Assembly: GCA_944350425.1 (NCBI GenBank)
Contig: CALVOX010000007.1
Span: forward strand, 5,617 to 69,616
Direction: 5' to 3'
DNA: 64,000 nt
Origin: an uncultured Bacilli bacterium
GTDB lineage: Bacteria; Bacillota_I; Bacilli_A; RFN20; CAG-826
Translations under genes and position numbers: made by a program
The notes under the pieces: generated by a model
Seen by the model: the letters and a program-made list of their open reading frames with translations, nothing else
Told to the model about the DNA's origin: nothing
Database searches by the model: none
Shown: positions 41,306 through 51,581 of the stretch, piece after piece
Layout: each line of letters begins with the position of its first letter
How positions within the stretch are numbered: position 1 is the first letter of the stretch

Positions 41306-42151
41306 ATGAGATATTTAATTGTTAAAAGATCAGATAAGATTTCAAAAAAAGTAAGTGAACTTATAATTAATAAGTGCACAGATTATAAATTTACATATAT
41401 AAGTGAAAATGAAGCTTTATCTTTAAAAGATAATGATAAAATTGATGTAGTTTTTTCAATCGGAGGAGATGGAACATTTCTTCGTAGTGTTCACTATTTT
41501 CACAAGTTTAATCCGTTATTTATTAATATAAATACTGGCACTTTTGGATATCTTTGTGAATTTAAAATAGATGAAATTGATGAAATTTTCCCTAGATTAT
41601 TCCAAAGATCAATTAATTTTAAAGAAGTTTCATTACTTAGACTTGATAAATATAAATTTAACGAAGATGGAAATAATTTTTCATTAGTTGATTCATATTT
41701 TGCTCTAAATGAGTTTAGAATTGCTTCAATTAACGAAGCAACTGTTAAATTTGATATTTATATTGATGATACGTTCTTTGAATGTCTTAGAGGTGATGGA
41801 TGCGTTATTTCTTCTTCTCTTGGAAGTAGTGGAATTACTAAATCACTTAAAGGAGCTTTGGTTGATAATGAGATTGAAATGCTTGAATTCGTTGAAAATG
41901 CACCAATTTTCAATAAAAAATATCATTCAATTTCATCGCCTTTCGTTTTAAATAAAGACAAAGAATTTAAACTTACAAATTTCTTCCATCATTCATTTAA
42001 TGTTTATTATGACTGCGAATCTCTCAGAATTAGTAATTTTGATAAAAACGATTATATCTCAATTTATCTTGATAAAAATAATAAGATTAAGATTTTAACT
42101 AATCCTAAAACTAATTATATTGAAAAAACTAGAGAAATGTTTCTTAATTAA
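41306..42151 (+). CDS. nadK: NAD+ kinase
   Basis: GGDGT, NTGTFGYL, DGCVISSSLGSSGITKS. Confidence 0.8.
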   Translation: MRYLIVKRSDKISKKVSELIINKCTDYKFTYISENEALSLKDNDKIDVVFSIGGDGTFLRSVHYFHKFNPLFININTGTFGYLCEFKIDEIDEIFPRLFQRSINFKEVSLLRLDKYKFNEDGNNFSLVDSYFALNEFRIASINEATVKFDIYIDDTFFECLRGDGCVISSSLGSSGITKSLKGALVDNEIEMLEFVENAPIFNKKYHSISSPFVLNKDKEFKLTNFFHHSFNVYYDCESLRISNFDKNDYISIYLDKNNKIKILTNPKTNYIEKTREMFLN

Positions 42152-42782
42152 TTTCATTTAATTTATGTAATATCTCTTCTAAAGGAAGACCAATAATATT
42201 AAAGGTTGACCCTTTAATATTATTAATTAAATGAAATTTATCATCATCTTGGTAAGAATACCCTCCTGCCTTATCTAGAGTAGGAATTTTTTCTAAATAA
42301 TCGTTAATTATATTATTATCTAATTTATTAAATGATACTAAAGAAGTTGTAGTAGAAGAATATATATTATTCTTATAATAAATGCTAAATCCTGAGATAA
42401 CTTTTTGAGTAGAATTAGAAAATTCTTTTAAAAACTTAATATTTTCTTCTTTACTAATAGGTTTGCCATATATTTTATTTTTAAAAACTATAGAAGTATC
42501 GGATGTTATTATTAAAGTATTATCTAAACTATAATTTTGATTTTTAAGCATTTCTAAAATGTTATCCATTTTAAATCTAGATAAAATTAATGGATAAGCT
42601 TCAATATTATTTAAGTTGCTAAAAATAGTTTTATCTAATTCTCTTTCATTTAAAGTTGGAGAAATTATGTTTAATATTATATTTTCTACTTTTAAAATTT
42701 CCTTAAATTTATCTAAATTATTTTTAATTATTTCTTTTCTTCTAGGAGAAGAAGAACCTAAGATTAAATTTATCGTTTTCAT
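42144..42782 (-). CDS. maf: Maf-like nucleoside-triphosphate pyrophosphatase
   Basis: ILGSSSPRRKEI. Confidence 0.7.
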   Translation of the reverse strand: MKTINLILGSSSPRRKEIIKNNLDKFKEILKVENIILNIISPTLNERELDKTIFSNLNNIEAYPLILSRFKMDNILEMLKNQNYSLDNTLIITSDTSIVFKNKIYGKPISKEENIKFLKEFSNSTQKVISGFSIYYKNNIYSSTTTSLVSFNKLDNNIINDYLEKIPTLDKAGGYSYQDDDKFHLINNIKGSTFNIIGLPLEEILHKLNEIN

Positions 42783-42825
42783 AATTTCTAATTAAGTGTA
42801 ATTAAAAATAAGCTACAACTGTAGC

Positions 42826-44643
42826 TTATTTTTTTCTTGAAGCAGGGAGATTTTCTCTTTTATCAAGAACTAAAGGAATAATCATTGGATTCCTTTGTGT
42901 TTTTCTAAAATAATATTTAGAGACAATGCTTCTAACTGTATTTTTAATGTCATTAAATGTTACATGTTTAGAATTAAATAATTCATTTAATCCTTCTTCA
43001 ACCATCGTAGCAGCATGTCTAGTTAAATGATTTTCGTATTTTCCATAAGAGACAAAACCTACTGTATTAACTCTTGGAGGAGAAATTAATCTCGAATTCT
43101 TCGAATCAAGAAGAACAAGTACTGAGACCATTCCATCATCGTGAAGTATTTTTCTATCTCTAATAACTGCAGTAGATACGCCATTGACATCATAGCCATC
43201 GATATAGACATCTTCGGCTTGTAATCTTTCGCCTTGAATTACTTTATGATCTTTTAGAACTAGTGTATCACCATTAGCGAGAATAAAGACATTTTCATCA
43301 GGCATACCAAGCTCTTTTGCAATATCTCCATGAAGTTTTAACATATGATATTCACCGTGAGCTGGCATAAAGTATTTTGGCTTAAATAATTTTAAATTCA
43401 TTTTTAATTCTAATCTTGAAGGGTGGCCAGATGAGTGAATATCTTTAATAATTTGGTTAGTAATAACATTTGCACCCATTCTTGTAAGTTGGTTAACGAC
43501 TTTAGCAATTGAAGAACCATTACCAGGAATAGGAGAAGAAGAGAAGACAACAGTATCACCAAAAGAAACGCTAATTCCTTTAAAAGTACCATTAGCTATT
43601 CTATTGAGTGCAGCCATTGCTTCACCTTGTGATCCTGTACATAAAATTAATATTTCACTATCTTTTAATGTTTTTAAATCACTAACATCTTTAAAATATG
43701 AATCAGGGAAACGAATATAGCCGAATTTACGAGCGCAATCTACTGCTGTAACCATGCTACGACCAACAATTATACATTTTCTATCATGTTTTAATGCACA
43801 ATCTAATATTTGTTGAATACGAGAAACGTTTGAAGAGAATGTTGAGATAATAAGTCTTCCATGAGCTCTATCAAAAATATCATTAATAGCATTTAAAACA
43901 TTCTTTTCTGATGGTGTCCAACCTTCTTTTTCAGCATTAGTAGAATCTGCTAAAAGTAAATCAACACCTTCTTCACCCATAGTTGAAATTCTATGAAGTT
44001 CAATATCTGGTCCAACTGGAGTTAAATCAATCTTAAAGTCGCCAGTAGTAACAATTCTACCTTCACTAGTATCTATACAAATACCATAAGAATCAGGTAT
44101 TGAGTGAGTAACTCTAAAAAAAGATACTTTAAAAGAACCAGCAGTAACGATTGAAGTATCGTTATATTCAACAAGTTTGACACTTGTTTTTATCTTTTGA
44201 TCTAAAATCTTTTGTCTAATTAGAGCACAAGCAAGTTTAGGAGCATAAATTACTGGGATATTTACACTTTTAATTAAAAAAGGTACAGCACCAATATGGT
44301 CTTCATGACCATGAGTAATAAAAAGTGCTCTTATCTTTTGATTTACATCTTTTAAGTGCTTATACGAAGGGATTACATAATCAACCCCAACAAGTTCATC
44401 TTCAGGAAATCTAACACCAGCATCAATAATAATCAAATCGTTGTCATTTTCTACACAATAGGTGTTTTTTCCGACTTCACCTAAGCCACCTAAAGCATAG
44501 ACTAAGACTGGTGAAGTATATTTTTTATGAGGAATAACTTTTGGTTCTTCAACAATAACTTTTTCTTCTTTAGTTTCCTCTTCCATTTTCTCGTTTAAAA
44601 TTTCATCTACTTTATTCATTACATCAATATTTTTTCTTATCAT
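42826..44643 (-). CDS. rnj: ribonuclease J (metallo-beta-lactamase/beta-CASP)
   Basis: HGHEDHIG. ATG at 44643 (MIRKNI) is preferred; 44619 is an alternative. Confidence 0.85.
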   Translation of the reverse strand: MIRKNIDVMNKVDEILNEKMEEETKEEKVIVEEPKVIPHKKYTSPVLVYALGGLGEVGKNTYCVENDNDLIIIDAGVRFPEDELVGVDYVIPSYKHLKDVNQKIRALFITHGHEDHIGAVPFLIKSVNIPVIYAPKLACALIRQKILDQKIKTSVKLVEYNDTSIVTAGSFKVSFFRVTHSIPDSYGICIDTSEGRIVTTGDFKIDLTPVGPDIELHRISTMGEEGVDLLLADSTNAEKEGWTPSEKNVLNAINDIFDRAHGRLIISTFSSNVSRIQQILDCALKHDRKCIIVGRSMVTAVDCARKFGYIRFPDSYFKDVSDLKTLKDSEILILCTGSQGEAMAALNRIANGTFKGISVSFGDTVVFSSSPIPGNGSSIAKVVNQLTRMGANVITNQIIKDIHSSGHPSRLELKMNLKLFKPKYFMPAHGEYHMLKLHGDIAKELGMPDENVFILANGDTLVLKDHKVIQGERLQAEDVYIDGYDVNGVSTAVIRDRKILHDDGMVSVLVLLDSKNSRLISPPRVNTVGFVSYGKYENHLTRHAATMVEEGLNELFNSKHVTFNDIKNTVRSIVSKYYFRKTQRNPMIIPLVLDKRENLPASRKK

Positions 44644-44920
44644 ACCGCTTTTAACCTTTTTAACAACAAATAAACAATATAAAATTTCTTTCAACGGATA
44701 TTATTCTTATTTAAATACCTTGTAAATAAGATTTCTTGACTTATTATCTAAAAAAATTTGTCAATTTTCAATTAAAAATTTATCGAATTTAGAAATTTTT
44801 AGCAAAGTCGAAAATTATCGATAATTACGACAGATTTTAAAAATTATTTATGTTTTTCTTAAATATAATTTCATAATTTAAAATTTATTAAATCATTAAT
44901 AAAAACAACTAATTTTACTT

Positions 44921-45469
44921 TTAGAGTTTTATAGCATTTTCTTTTACAAAGAAAGGATTCTTTTTGTTTATATGGTCATAAAACAAAATACCTTTAAGAT
45001 GATCGATTTCGTGTTGAACAACAATTGAATGATATCCAGTTAAAGTCAAAGTTATATCTTTTTCATTTATTAAATCATAGGCTTTTAAAGTGATTTTATA
45101 TGGTCGATATATATAACCTTCATGTGGTTTATCGACGCTTAAACATCCTTCTCCACCTTCTAAATAGCATTCTCTAGTTGATTCAGAAATAATTTTAGGA
45201 TTTACTAAAACTAATTCAAAATTTTCTTTTTCTTCTTGGACATAAACAGCAATTAAATTAATATTACGTCCAATTTGAGGAGCAGCTAAACCAACGCCAC
45301 TACGAACATTTTTATGTTTTTCTAAAAATTCTTCATCTTGAGATAATTTTAAATATTCAAGCATACTTAAGCCGAGTTCTTTAATTTTAGGGTCTAATGG
45401 TAAAGGGATATCACTTGATCTTTCTCTTAAACTTTTTTTGTTATCTTTTACAATTTTAAATAGTTCCAT
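44921..45469 (-). CDS. def: peptide deformylase
   Basis: GVGLAAPQIG, EGCLS, HEIDHL. Confidence 0.92.
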   Translation of the reverse strand: MELFKIVKDNKKSLRERSSDIPLPLDPKIKELGLSMLEYLKLSQDEEFLEKHKNVRSGVGLAAPQIGRNINLIAVYVQEEKENFELVLVNPKIISESTRECYLEGGEGCLSVDKPHEGYIYRPYKITLKAYDLINEKDITLTLTGYHSIVVQHEIDHLKGILFYDHINKKNPFFVKENAIKL

Positions 45470-45547
45470 ACTAGTTAAATAGTTTAGGTGAAATTGATAT
45501 TTTTTTCAATTGTTATGAAACTAAATTATGTAATAAAATTAAAAAGT

Positions 45548-45964
45548 ATGAGCAGAGTTTTTAAAGAGTTAGATATTCTTTTTGATAAATTAACAAATAA
45601 AATTAAATCTAATCCTATTTATATAGATTATGTTAATTCAAAGAAGAAATTAAATAAATCGAATCACTTTAATGCTCTAATTTTTAGAAAAATAGAACTA
45701 GAAGAACTTTATTTTACATATTTAACCTTTGAAGACAAAACTAAATTAAATGAAATGAAAAAAGATTTAGATTTATTATTAAAGCAAATTAAATCCTTAA
45801 AAGAAGTGAGAGAATATGTCATAAACGAAGCAAAACTTAATTATTTAATTGATTTAATTAGTCTATATGTTTTTAAATATCAAAACTTTGATATAGCTAA
45901 GTTTGATAAAGAAAAAGAAATTAAAAAGTTATTTATAAAGTTATATTTAGCTTTAAATTCATAA
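45548..45964 (+). CDS. hypothetical protein, possibly YlbF/YmcA-like
   Basis: Size, coiled-coil character, and synteny with rsmD-coaD as in Bacillus ylbF-ylbH-coaD. Confidence 0.3.
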   Translation: MSRVFKELDILFDKLTNKIKSNPIYIDYVNSKKKLNKSNHFNALIFRKIELEELYFTYLTFEDKTKLNEMKKDLDLLLKQIKSLKEVREYVINEAKLNYLIDLISLYVFKYQNFDIAKFDKEKEIKKLFIKLYLALNS

Positions 45965-45979
45965 TATAATATAGAAGTT

Positions 45980-46612
45980 ATGTTAAAAGTAAGTAGTGGT
46001 AAATATAAATTTAAAAGGTTAAAAGAAGTTCAAGATAAAACTATTACTAGACCAAGTAAAGATATTGTTAAACTTGGTTTAAGTAATATTATTAACTATT
46101 ATTTAGTTAATAATTTAGATATAAGCAATAAAAATAACTTATCTTTTCTAGATTTATTTGGGGGTACTGGACAAATAGGAATTGAAATGTTAAGTAAAGA
46201 TATATTTTCATTAGTTATTTTTAATGATAAAAGTAAAGAAGCTATTAAAGTAATTAAAGAAAATTTAACTTTATTAAATGATGAACAATATCTTAACGAA
46301 CATACATTATTATTAAATAAAGATTATTTAGATACTTTAAAATATATTGCTTCATCTAAAGAATTAAGAATATATTTACCATTAAACGTAATATTTTTAG
46401 ATCCACCTTATAAAGATATAATTAACTATGATTTTATTCTTAATTTATATAAATTAAATTTAATATCTAAGGATAGTTTAATAATAATTGAAAGTGATAA
46501 AGATTTAGACAAATCAATTGTTGATAATATTGATTTATCTAAATCATCTAATTTAATTAAAGAATATAAATATGGTAGAAGTAAGTTATATTTAATAAAA
46601 GTAGATTTATAA
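45980..46612 (+). CDS. rsmD: 16S rRNA (guanine966-N2)-methyltransferase RsmD-like
   Basis: LDLFGGTGQIGIEMLS and FLDPPY. Confidence 0.7.
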   Translation: MLKVSSGKYKFKRLKEVQDKTITRPSKDIVKLGLSNIINYYLVNNLDISNKNNLSFLDLFGGTGQIGIEMLSKDIFSLVIFNDKSKEAIKVIKENLTLLNDEQYLNEHTLLLNKDYLDTLKYIASSKELRIYLPLNVIFLDPPYKDIINYDFILNLYKLNLISKDSLIIIESDKDLDKSIVDNIDLSKSSNLIKEYKYGRSKLYLIKVDL

Positions 46613-46637
46613 ATAGAATGTGCTAGAATGTTAGTCT

Positions 46638-47147
46638 ATGAATAAAATTGATACTAAAAATAAGAGAATAGGTATATATCCTGGAAGTTTTGATCCAATT
46701 ACTAATGGACATATTGATATTATTAAAAGAGCATCCCTTTTATTTGATGAAATAATTGTTTTAATTGGTTTTAATATGGGAAAAGAAGGAAGATTTGATG
46801 TTAAAACTAGATATAAAATGATTCAAGAAGCAATAAAAGAAAATCATCTTGATAATGTTAAATGTGATTACTATGATGGATTAACTTTAGATTATGCTAA
46901 AAAACATAATTCAAGATTTATTATTAGAGGTTTAAGAGTAGTTTCTGATTTTGATTATGAATGGTCTTATGCCGCAAGTAATGAATTTATTGACCCAAGT
47001 ATTGAAATTGTATTTTTAATGGCTAAGAAAGAGAATACTTTTATTTCATCTTCATCTATTGTTGAATTAGCCAGTAATAAAGTTGATGTTTCAAAGCTTG
47101 TACCATCTTATGTTAGTGAAGTCTTAAAAGAATATTCTAATAAATAA
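46638..47147 (+). CDS. coaD: phosphopantetheine adenylyltransferase
   Basis: IGIYPGSFDPITNGHIDIIKRA. Confidence 0.92.
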   Translation: MNKIDTKNKRIGIYPGSFDPITNGHIDIIKRASLLFDEIIVLIGFNMGKEGRFDVKTRYKMIQEAIKENHLDNVKCDYYDGLTLDYAKKHNSRFIIRGLRVVSDFDYEWSYAASNEFIDPSIEIVFLMAKKENTFISSSSIVELASNKVDVSKLVPSYVSEVLKEYSNK

Positions 47148-47255
47148 GATTAAACTAATTTAATTAATAACTTGAGTAGTTAGTATTAATACTAACTACT
47201 TTTTATAAAAAAGAAGCATTTAATTATGCTTCTTAAGTTTATTAGTTATATTTAA

Positions 47256-48143
47256 TTAAGATCTATAATCTGGTGAGAAGAGTGATTCATATGTCCAAGC
47301 ATTTTTCATAAATGCAGCATATGTATATTTATCACTTCCATCAGGTGCATTGAAGATTTCGGTAATAATATGAGTTGATTCATTAGCATCTGTTAAATCA
47401 AATAAGATACAAGTAGGAGTTTGAAGACCAGCTGGATCAACTAATTTTTCAGTATTAGCATATAAAGTTGATTGAACTTTAGAACCATTATCAGTTGCAA
47501 CACCACTATTAAGATAGAAATCAGTGTTTTTAACTACAGACATTGCTTCGTCATAGAAATAAAGATATTGTGGAGAAGTCATAGTTACTGCAATTGGAGT
47601 AGTATCTTGGTCACTATAATATGTATCATCATCGAATTCTCTATTTGGAACGATTGAGACGAAACTCATTGGTGGAACTTCTACACCTTTTGAATCAGCT
47701 TCTGGCATGTATGTATCCCAGTTATCATTTAAGTATTCAAGACCTGTTTTCAAATTTCCACAACCATCACAACTATCTTGGACGAAGAATAAGAAGAATC
47801 TATCGTTACCGTTTGAATACTCGCTTAATAATTCTTTAGCAGTTTCTTTATCGCCATTAGCCCATGATGTTTGTGCATCTTCGAAATTTGCAAAGAAGTT
47901 ATCAACTTCACTATTCCATTCACCGATTCTTGTGCCTTCCATTGAAAGTTCATTATCTTCAAAGTAAGCTAAATCGGAATCAGATTGGCTAATTAATCCT
48001 TGGATTCCTTTAGTAATTGAAGGAATAGAGAAGATAATTGCAAATATGATGCCTACAATTAAAAGTGGTTGTACCCAAGCAGTTTCTTTAATCCATCTCC
48101 AAATCGCAACGAAAGGAGTAGCAATTTTTCTTAATATATTCAT
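47256..48143 (-). CDS. membrane-anchored extracytoplasmic protein with a CxxC motif (thioredoxin-like?)
   Basis: N-terminal TM helix and FFVQDSCDGCGNL. Confidence 0.4.
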   Translation of the reverse strand: MNILRKIATPFVAIWRWIKETAWVQPLLIVGIIFAIIFSIPSITKGIQGLISQSDSDLAYFEDNELSMEGTRIGEWNSEVDNFFANFEDAQTSWANGDKETAKELLSEYSNGNDRFFLFFVQDSCDGCGNLKTGLEYLNDNWDTYMPEADSKGVEVPPMSFVSIVPNREFDDDTYYSDQDTTPIAVTMTSPQYLYFYDEAMSVVKNTDFYLNSGVATDNGSKVQSTLYANTEKLVDPAGLQTPTCILFDLTDANESTHIITEIFNAPDGSDKYTYAAFMKNAWTYESLFSPDYRS

Positions 48144-48405
48144 AATGTAATTTATCCCTTTTCTTATTAATAAAATAACGTTAAGTTTTTAACGCTTTTA
48201 TAATTTATCATTAATAGGCCAAGTAAACAAGTAGTTAAAATTTATTTTTTGATAATCTTATATATATATTTAATATATATAAGTGTCTCATATTTACTTG
48301 CTAGAAAGATTATACACAAAAGTTAGTAATTTTTTAATAAGTAATTGAATAAGATTTATAATAAAATTAAAATATGTAAATTCAAATACGAAGGTAGTAA
48401 ACTTT

Positions 48406-49485
48406 ATGAATTATTTTATTTATAAGATTAAAAAGCTTATTAGAAATTACTTCTTTGATCATCCACATCAAAAAAGTGCTATATCCTATACATTTGCAAT
48501 TATTGTAACTGCATTAAGTGCAATTATTTTCTCGTTTGGTTTTAAATGTTTTATTCAACCTAACTATAGTGCTTTTGCTAATCAAGACTTAGTTCATGAA
48601 ACAGGAACTATTTTAGCTTTAGCTAGTTCTGGAGCTAGTGGTATGTCTCAATCGGTTTTAGAGATTTTTAAACTTGCTGGACTTACTTTTACTCTTGATC
48701 CGTTTAATGTTTACGTTATTAACTTCGTTTCTTATTTTGTTATTAATATTCCTTTACTTTTATTGGCTTATTTTAAAATTGGTAAGAAATTTGCCTTTTT
48801 ATCATTAATTAATGTAGTTTTTGTTACTATTTTTGGTATTATTCTTCCTACCGAAGAAGGTTCTTTTATAGTTGAAATCAGTGAAGCGGTATTTAATCAA
48901 CCTGTTGCAAGAATTTTATTTGCTGGTTTATGTACTGGTGTAGCTACTGCTTTATCTTATTTAATTGAATCAACTTGCGGCGGAATTGATATTATTGCTT
49001 ATTATATTAGTGAAAAGAAATCTTCAGGAGTTGGAATTTATAGTGCAATTTTTAATTTCTGTATTGTAACTTTATATACAATTCTTTCTTGTTGTTCTGG
49101 TGGATTAGTTGATGGAGTACATTTTTTACCAGTTGAGTTTTCTCAAGCAGCAATAATCTTTTTATATACCTTCTTATATATGATCATTACAACTTTAGTT
49201 GTTGATACGATTAATATTTCAAATAAAAAGCTTAATCTTCAAATTATTTCAAAAGATGCTAATTTATCACAAGTTATTATGTCGAATATACCGCATGGAT
49301 GTACTGTTATTAATGGTAAAGGTGGATTTACTGGTAAAGATGTCTATATTATTTCAGTAACAGTAAGAAAATCAGAACAAAAACGTGTAATTAAGATTGC
49401 TAAAAAAGCAGATCCATCATGTTTTATTAATGTTCTTGTTACTGAACAAGTATATGGTAAATTCTTTAGAAAACCTATCAAATAG
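48406..49485 (+). CDS. YitT-family membrane protein (DUF161 + DUF2179)
   Basis: Five TM helices and a C-terminal soluble domain. Confidence 0.65.
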   Translation: MNYFIYKIKKLIRNYFFDHPHQKSAISYTFAIIVTALSAIIFSFGFKCFIQPNYSAFANQDLVHETGTILALASSGASGMSQSVLEIFKLAGLTFTLDPFNVYVINFVSYFVINIPLLLLAYFKIGKKFAFLSLINVVFVTIFGIILPTEEGSFIVEISEAVFNQPVARILFAGLCTGVATALSYLIESTCGGIDIIAYYISEKKSSGVGIYSAIFNFCIVTLYTILSCCSGGLVDGVHFLPVEFSQAAIIFLYTFLYMIITTLVVDTINISNKKLNLQIISKDANLSQVIMSNIPHGCTVINGKGGFTGKDVYIISVTVRKSEQKRVIKIAKKADPSCFINVLVTEQVYGKFFRKPIK

Positions 49486-49494
49486 TTAATATAT

Positions 49495-49530
49495 AAAAAA
49501 GATTATCATTTTAATGATAATCTTTAATAA
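49495..49530. terminator. bidirectional terminator (GATTATCAT-TTTA-ATGATAATC)
   Basis: Read directly, with A6 upstream and a T-rich run downstream. Confidence 0.6.
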
Positions 49531-49536
49531 GTTAAG

Positions 49537-49626
49537 TGGCGGAGAAAAGGGGATTTGAACCCCTGCGAGCTATTAACTCCTGCTGGTTTTCGAAACCAGT
49601 CCCTTCAGCCTCTTGGGTATTTCTCC
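49537..49626 (-). tRNA. tRNA-Ser (anticodon CGA), 90 nt with long variable arm and encoded CCA
   Basis: Reverse complement GGAGAAATACCCAAGAGGCTGAAGGGA…CTGGT-UUCGAAA-ACCAG…GGTTCAAATCCCCTTTTCTCCGCCA. Confidence 0.85.
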
Positions 49627-49762
49627 AATAATTTATATAAGTAACTTATGTATGTTATCTTAATTTAAAAAATAAATCCATCATTTATTTTTTTATATAA
49701 TATTATTATATAAATATTTCAATTATTAATTTTATTAAGTAAGGTTTTAAGGTATAATTTTT

Positions 49763-51538
49763 ATGATTATGAAACTTGGTAATGATTTAAGCTTTTTAAT
49801 GGAAGTAGTTGGATTTACGTCTTTCTACATAATCTTAATATTTGTCTTAATCGCAATTATAATAGTTGCAATATCAGCTTTTAAGTTTTTTTCTTTTAGA
49901 AAAAAACAAAAGACCGCTAACATTTTATCATCTCATTTTTATTATATTATTAATTTAAAAAAACATAGTGTTAGACGATATAATTATCGTAATTTTGATA
50001 AATATAAAGAAATGTCGTTTGTTGAATTTCTTTCTAATTTTGCTGAAAACGAAAGAGATAAAGCGAAGACGTTTTTTACTTCATTTATTTCAAAAAAAGA
50101 AATTGATCAATATTCTAATGATGTAGTTTCTTCTTTTGTTATGATTAATTCTAAGTTTAAACATTTTGTTAACCGTATTTTATTTAAGGTTATAAAAATA
50201 GATTATGATGAGGGAATTATTTATGCCGAATCTCATCGTTTATTTAACTTACCTTGTAATTTAAATAAAAATAAAAAGAAGTTTAAAGCTACTACCTCGT
50301 CTTTAGGTGAAATTAAAAAAACATATGAGGATGGTTTTTTTGCAAAAGGGTCTTTCTTTGTTATTTCTTTTAAAAAGAAAGATAATATCGATACTTTTTT
50401 TAATGAATACCAAATTAGATATATCATTTTAGACGGGCTTTATAAATCTTTTAAAACTTTATCATCTTATTTCTTTTTTAAAGATAATGATGAATTTGAA
50501 ATCGATTTACTCGATAAGAATTTTATTGCTAGTTATGATGTTAAAAACATGACGAAAAGAATAATTAGAAGAATTTCGGAAGTCTTTGAAAATTATGGTT
50601 TTGATAATGTTTATTATTTTACAATTACTGGCTCTTTAGTTAGTGAACTTAGTCATGATTTTGATTTATCTTACCGTGCCTTAAAAGAATGTATTGAAAA
50701 AAATTATGAAGAAAATTTACTTTATTCGATTTATCGCAAAGAAGAAGCTAATGAAGATGCCAAAACTTGGGCTATTAGAACTGATGTATTAAAAGTTATT
50801 AAAGAAAACTTAATTAGACCTTCTTTTAGAAGTATTATTTGTTTAGAAAATAATGAAATAAAAATTTATGGCTATCAAGTTAAATTCAAGGTTTTATATG
50901 ATAAATTTAAATCTCTTGATGATTTAAAAAAAGATGCCAAGATAAATAATAATACGAAAGAAATCTTTTCTTTATGTTTAAAAACAGCAATCCCTTCTTA
51001 TTTAACCTTTAGAGAAAATTTTTTTACTAAGCTATATATTCCAATTAATTTAAATGAAATTCAATACGCTCTTCTTTCGATTCCTTATGTCGAAAGATCA
51101 AACCAAGCTCATTTTGTATTTGTATTAGACATAAATGAGTTTTTGGACTTAGAAGATTTAACTCCGGCTATTAATATAATTAAAGATGTTCAAAGAAAAG
51201 GACATGAAGTGGCTGTTAGATGCATTAATGGTGGTTTTAAAATCAAAACTGAATTAGGTCAAGTTATTGACTCATTCTTTGTTGATTTAAACTTAGAAGA
51301 AAATGTTAAAGCTGATTCAAAATCTTATATTGCTTCTCACCCCTTCCTTGATCGACTTTATCAATTTCATAAGCCGATTATCGAAGTTAATGCTAAAAGT
51401 TTTAGCGAAGTGGAACTTCTTTATAGATCTGGTTTAACTTATTTCTCGAGCGATGCTATTCAAGGTTATACGGAAATGATTGATAAACTAGATAAAAAAA
51501 TAATAAAAAAGCTTACAAATTTAATTAACAATAACTAA
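49763..51538 (+). CDS. membrane-anchored protein with a degenerate EAL-like C-terminal domain
   Basis: N-terminal TM helix. C-terminus …IIEVNAKSFSEVELLYRSGLTYFSSDAIQGY resembles the EAL EGVE…QGY block, but other motifs are not recognisable. Confidence 0.35.
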   Translation: MIMKLGNDLSFLMEVVGFTSFYIILIFVLIAIIIVAISAFKFFSFRKKQKTANILSSHFYYIINLKKHSVRRYNYRNFDKYKEMSFVEFLSNFAENERDKAKTFFTSFISKKEIDQYSNDVVSSFVMINSKFKHFVNRILFKVIKIDYDEGIIYAESHRLFNLPCNLNKNKKKFKATTSSLGEIKKTYEDGFFAKGSFFVISFKKKDNIDTFFNEYQIRYIILDGLYKSFKTLSSYFFFKDNDEFEIDLLDKNFIASYDVKNMTKRIIRRISEVFENYGFDNVYYFTITGSLVSELSHDFDLSYRALKECIEKNYEENLLYSIYRKEEANEDAKTWAIRTDVLKVIKENLIRPSFRSIICLENNEIKIYGYQVKFKVLYDKFKSLDDLKKDAKINNNTKEIFSLCLKTAIPSYLTFRENFFTKLYIPINLNEIQYALLSIPYVERSNQAHFVFVLDINEFLDLEDLTPAINIIKDVQRKGHEVAVRCINGGFKIKTELGQVIDSFFVDLNLEENVKADSKSYIASHPFLDRLYQFHKPIIEVNAKSFSEVELLYRSGLTYFSSDAIQGYTEMIDKLDKKIIKKLTNLINNN

Positions 51539-51581
51539 TAAAATTAGTATTCTTATAGACGATATTTTGAAAGGTAGAATT

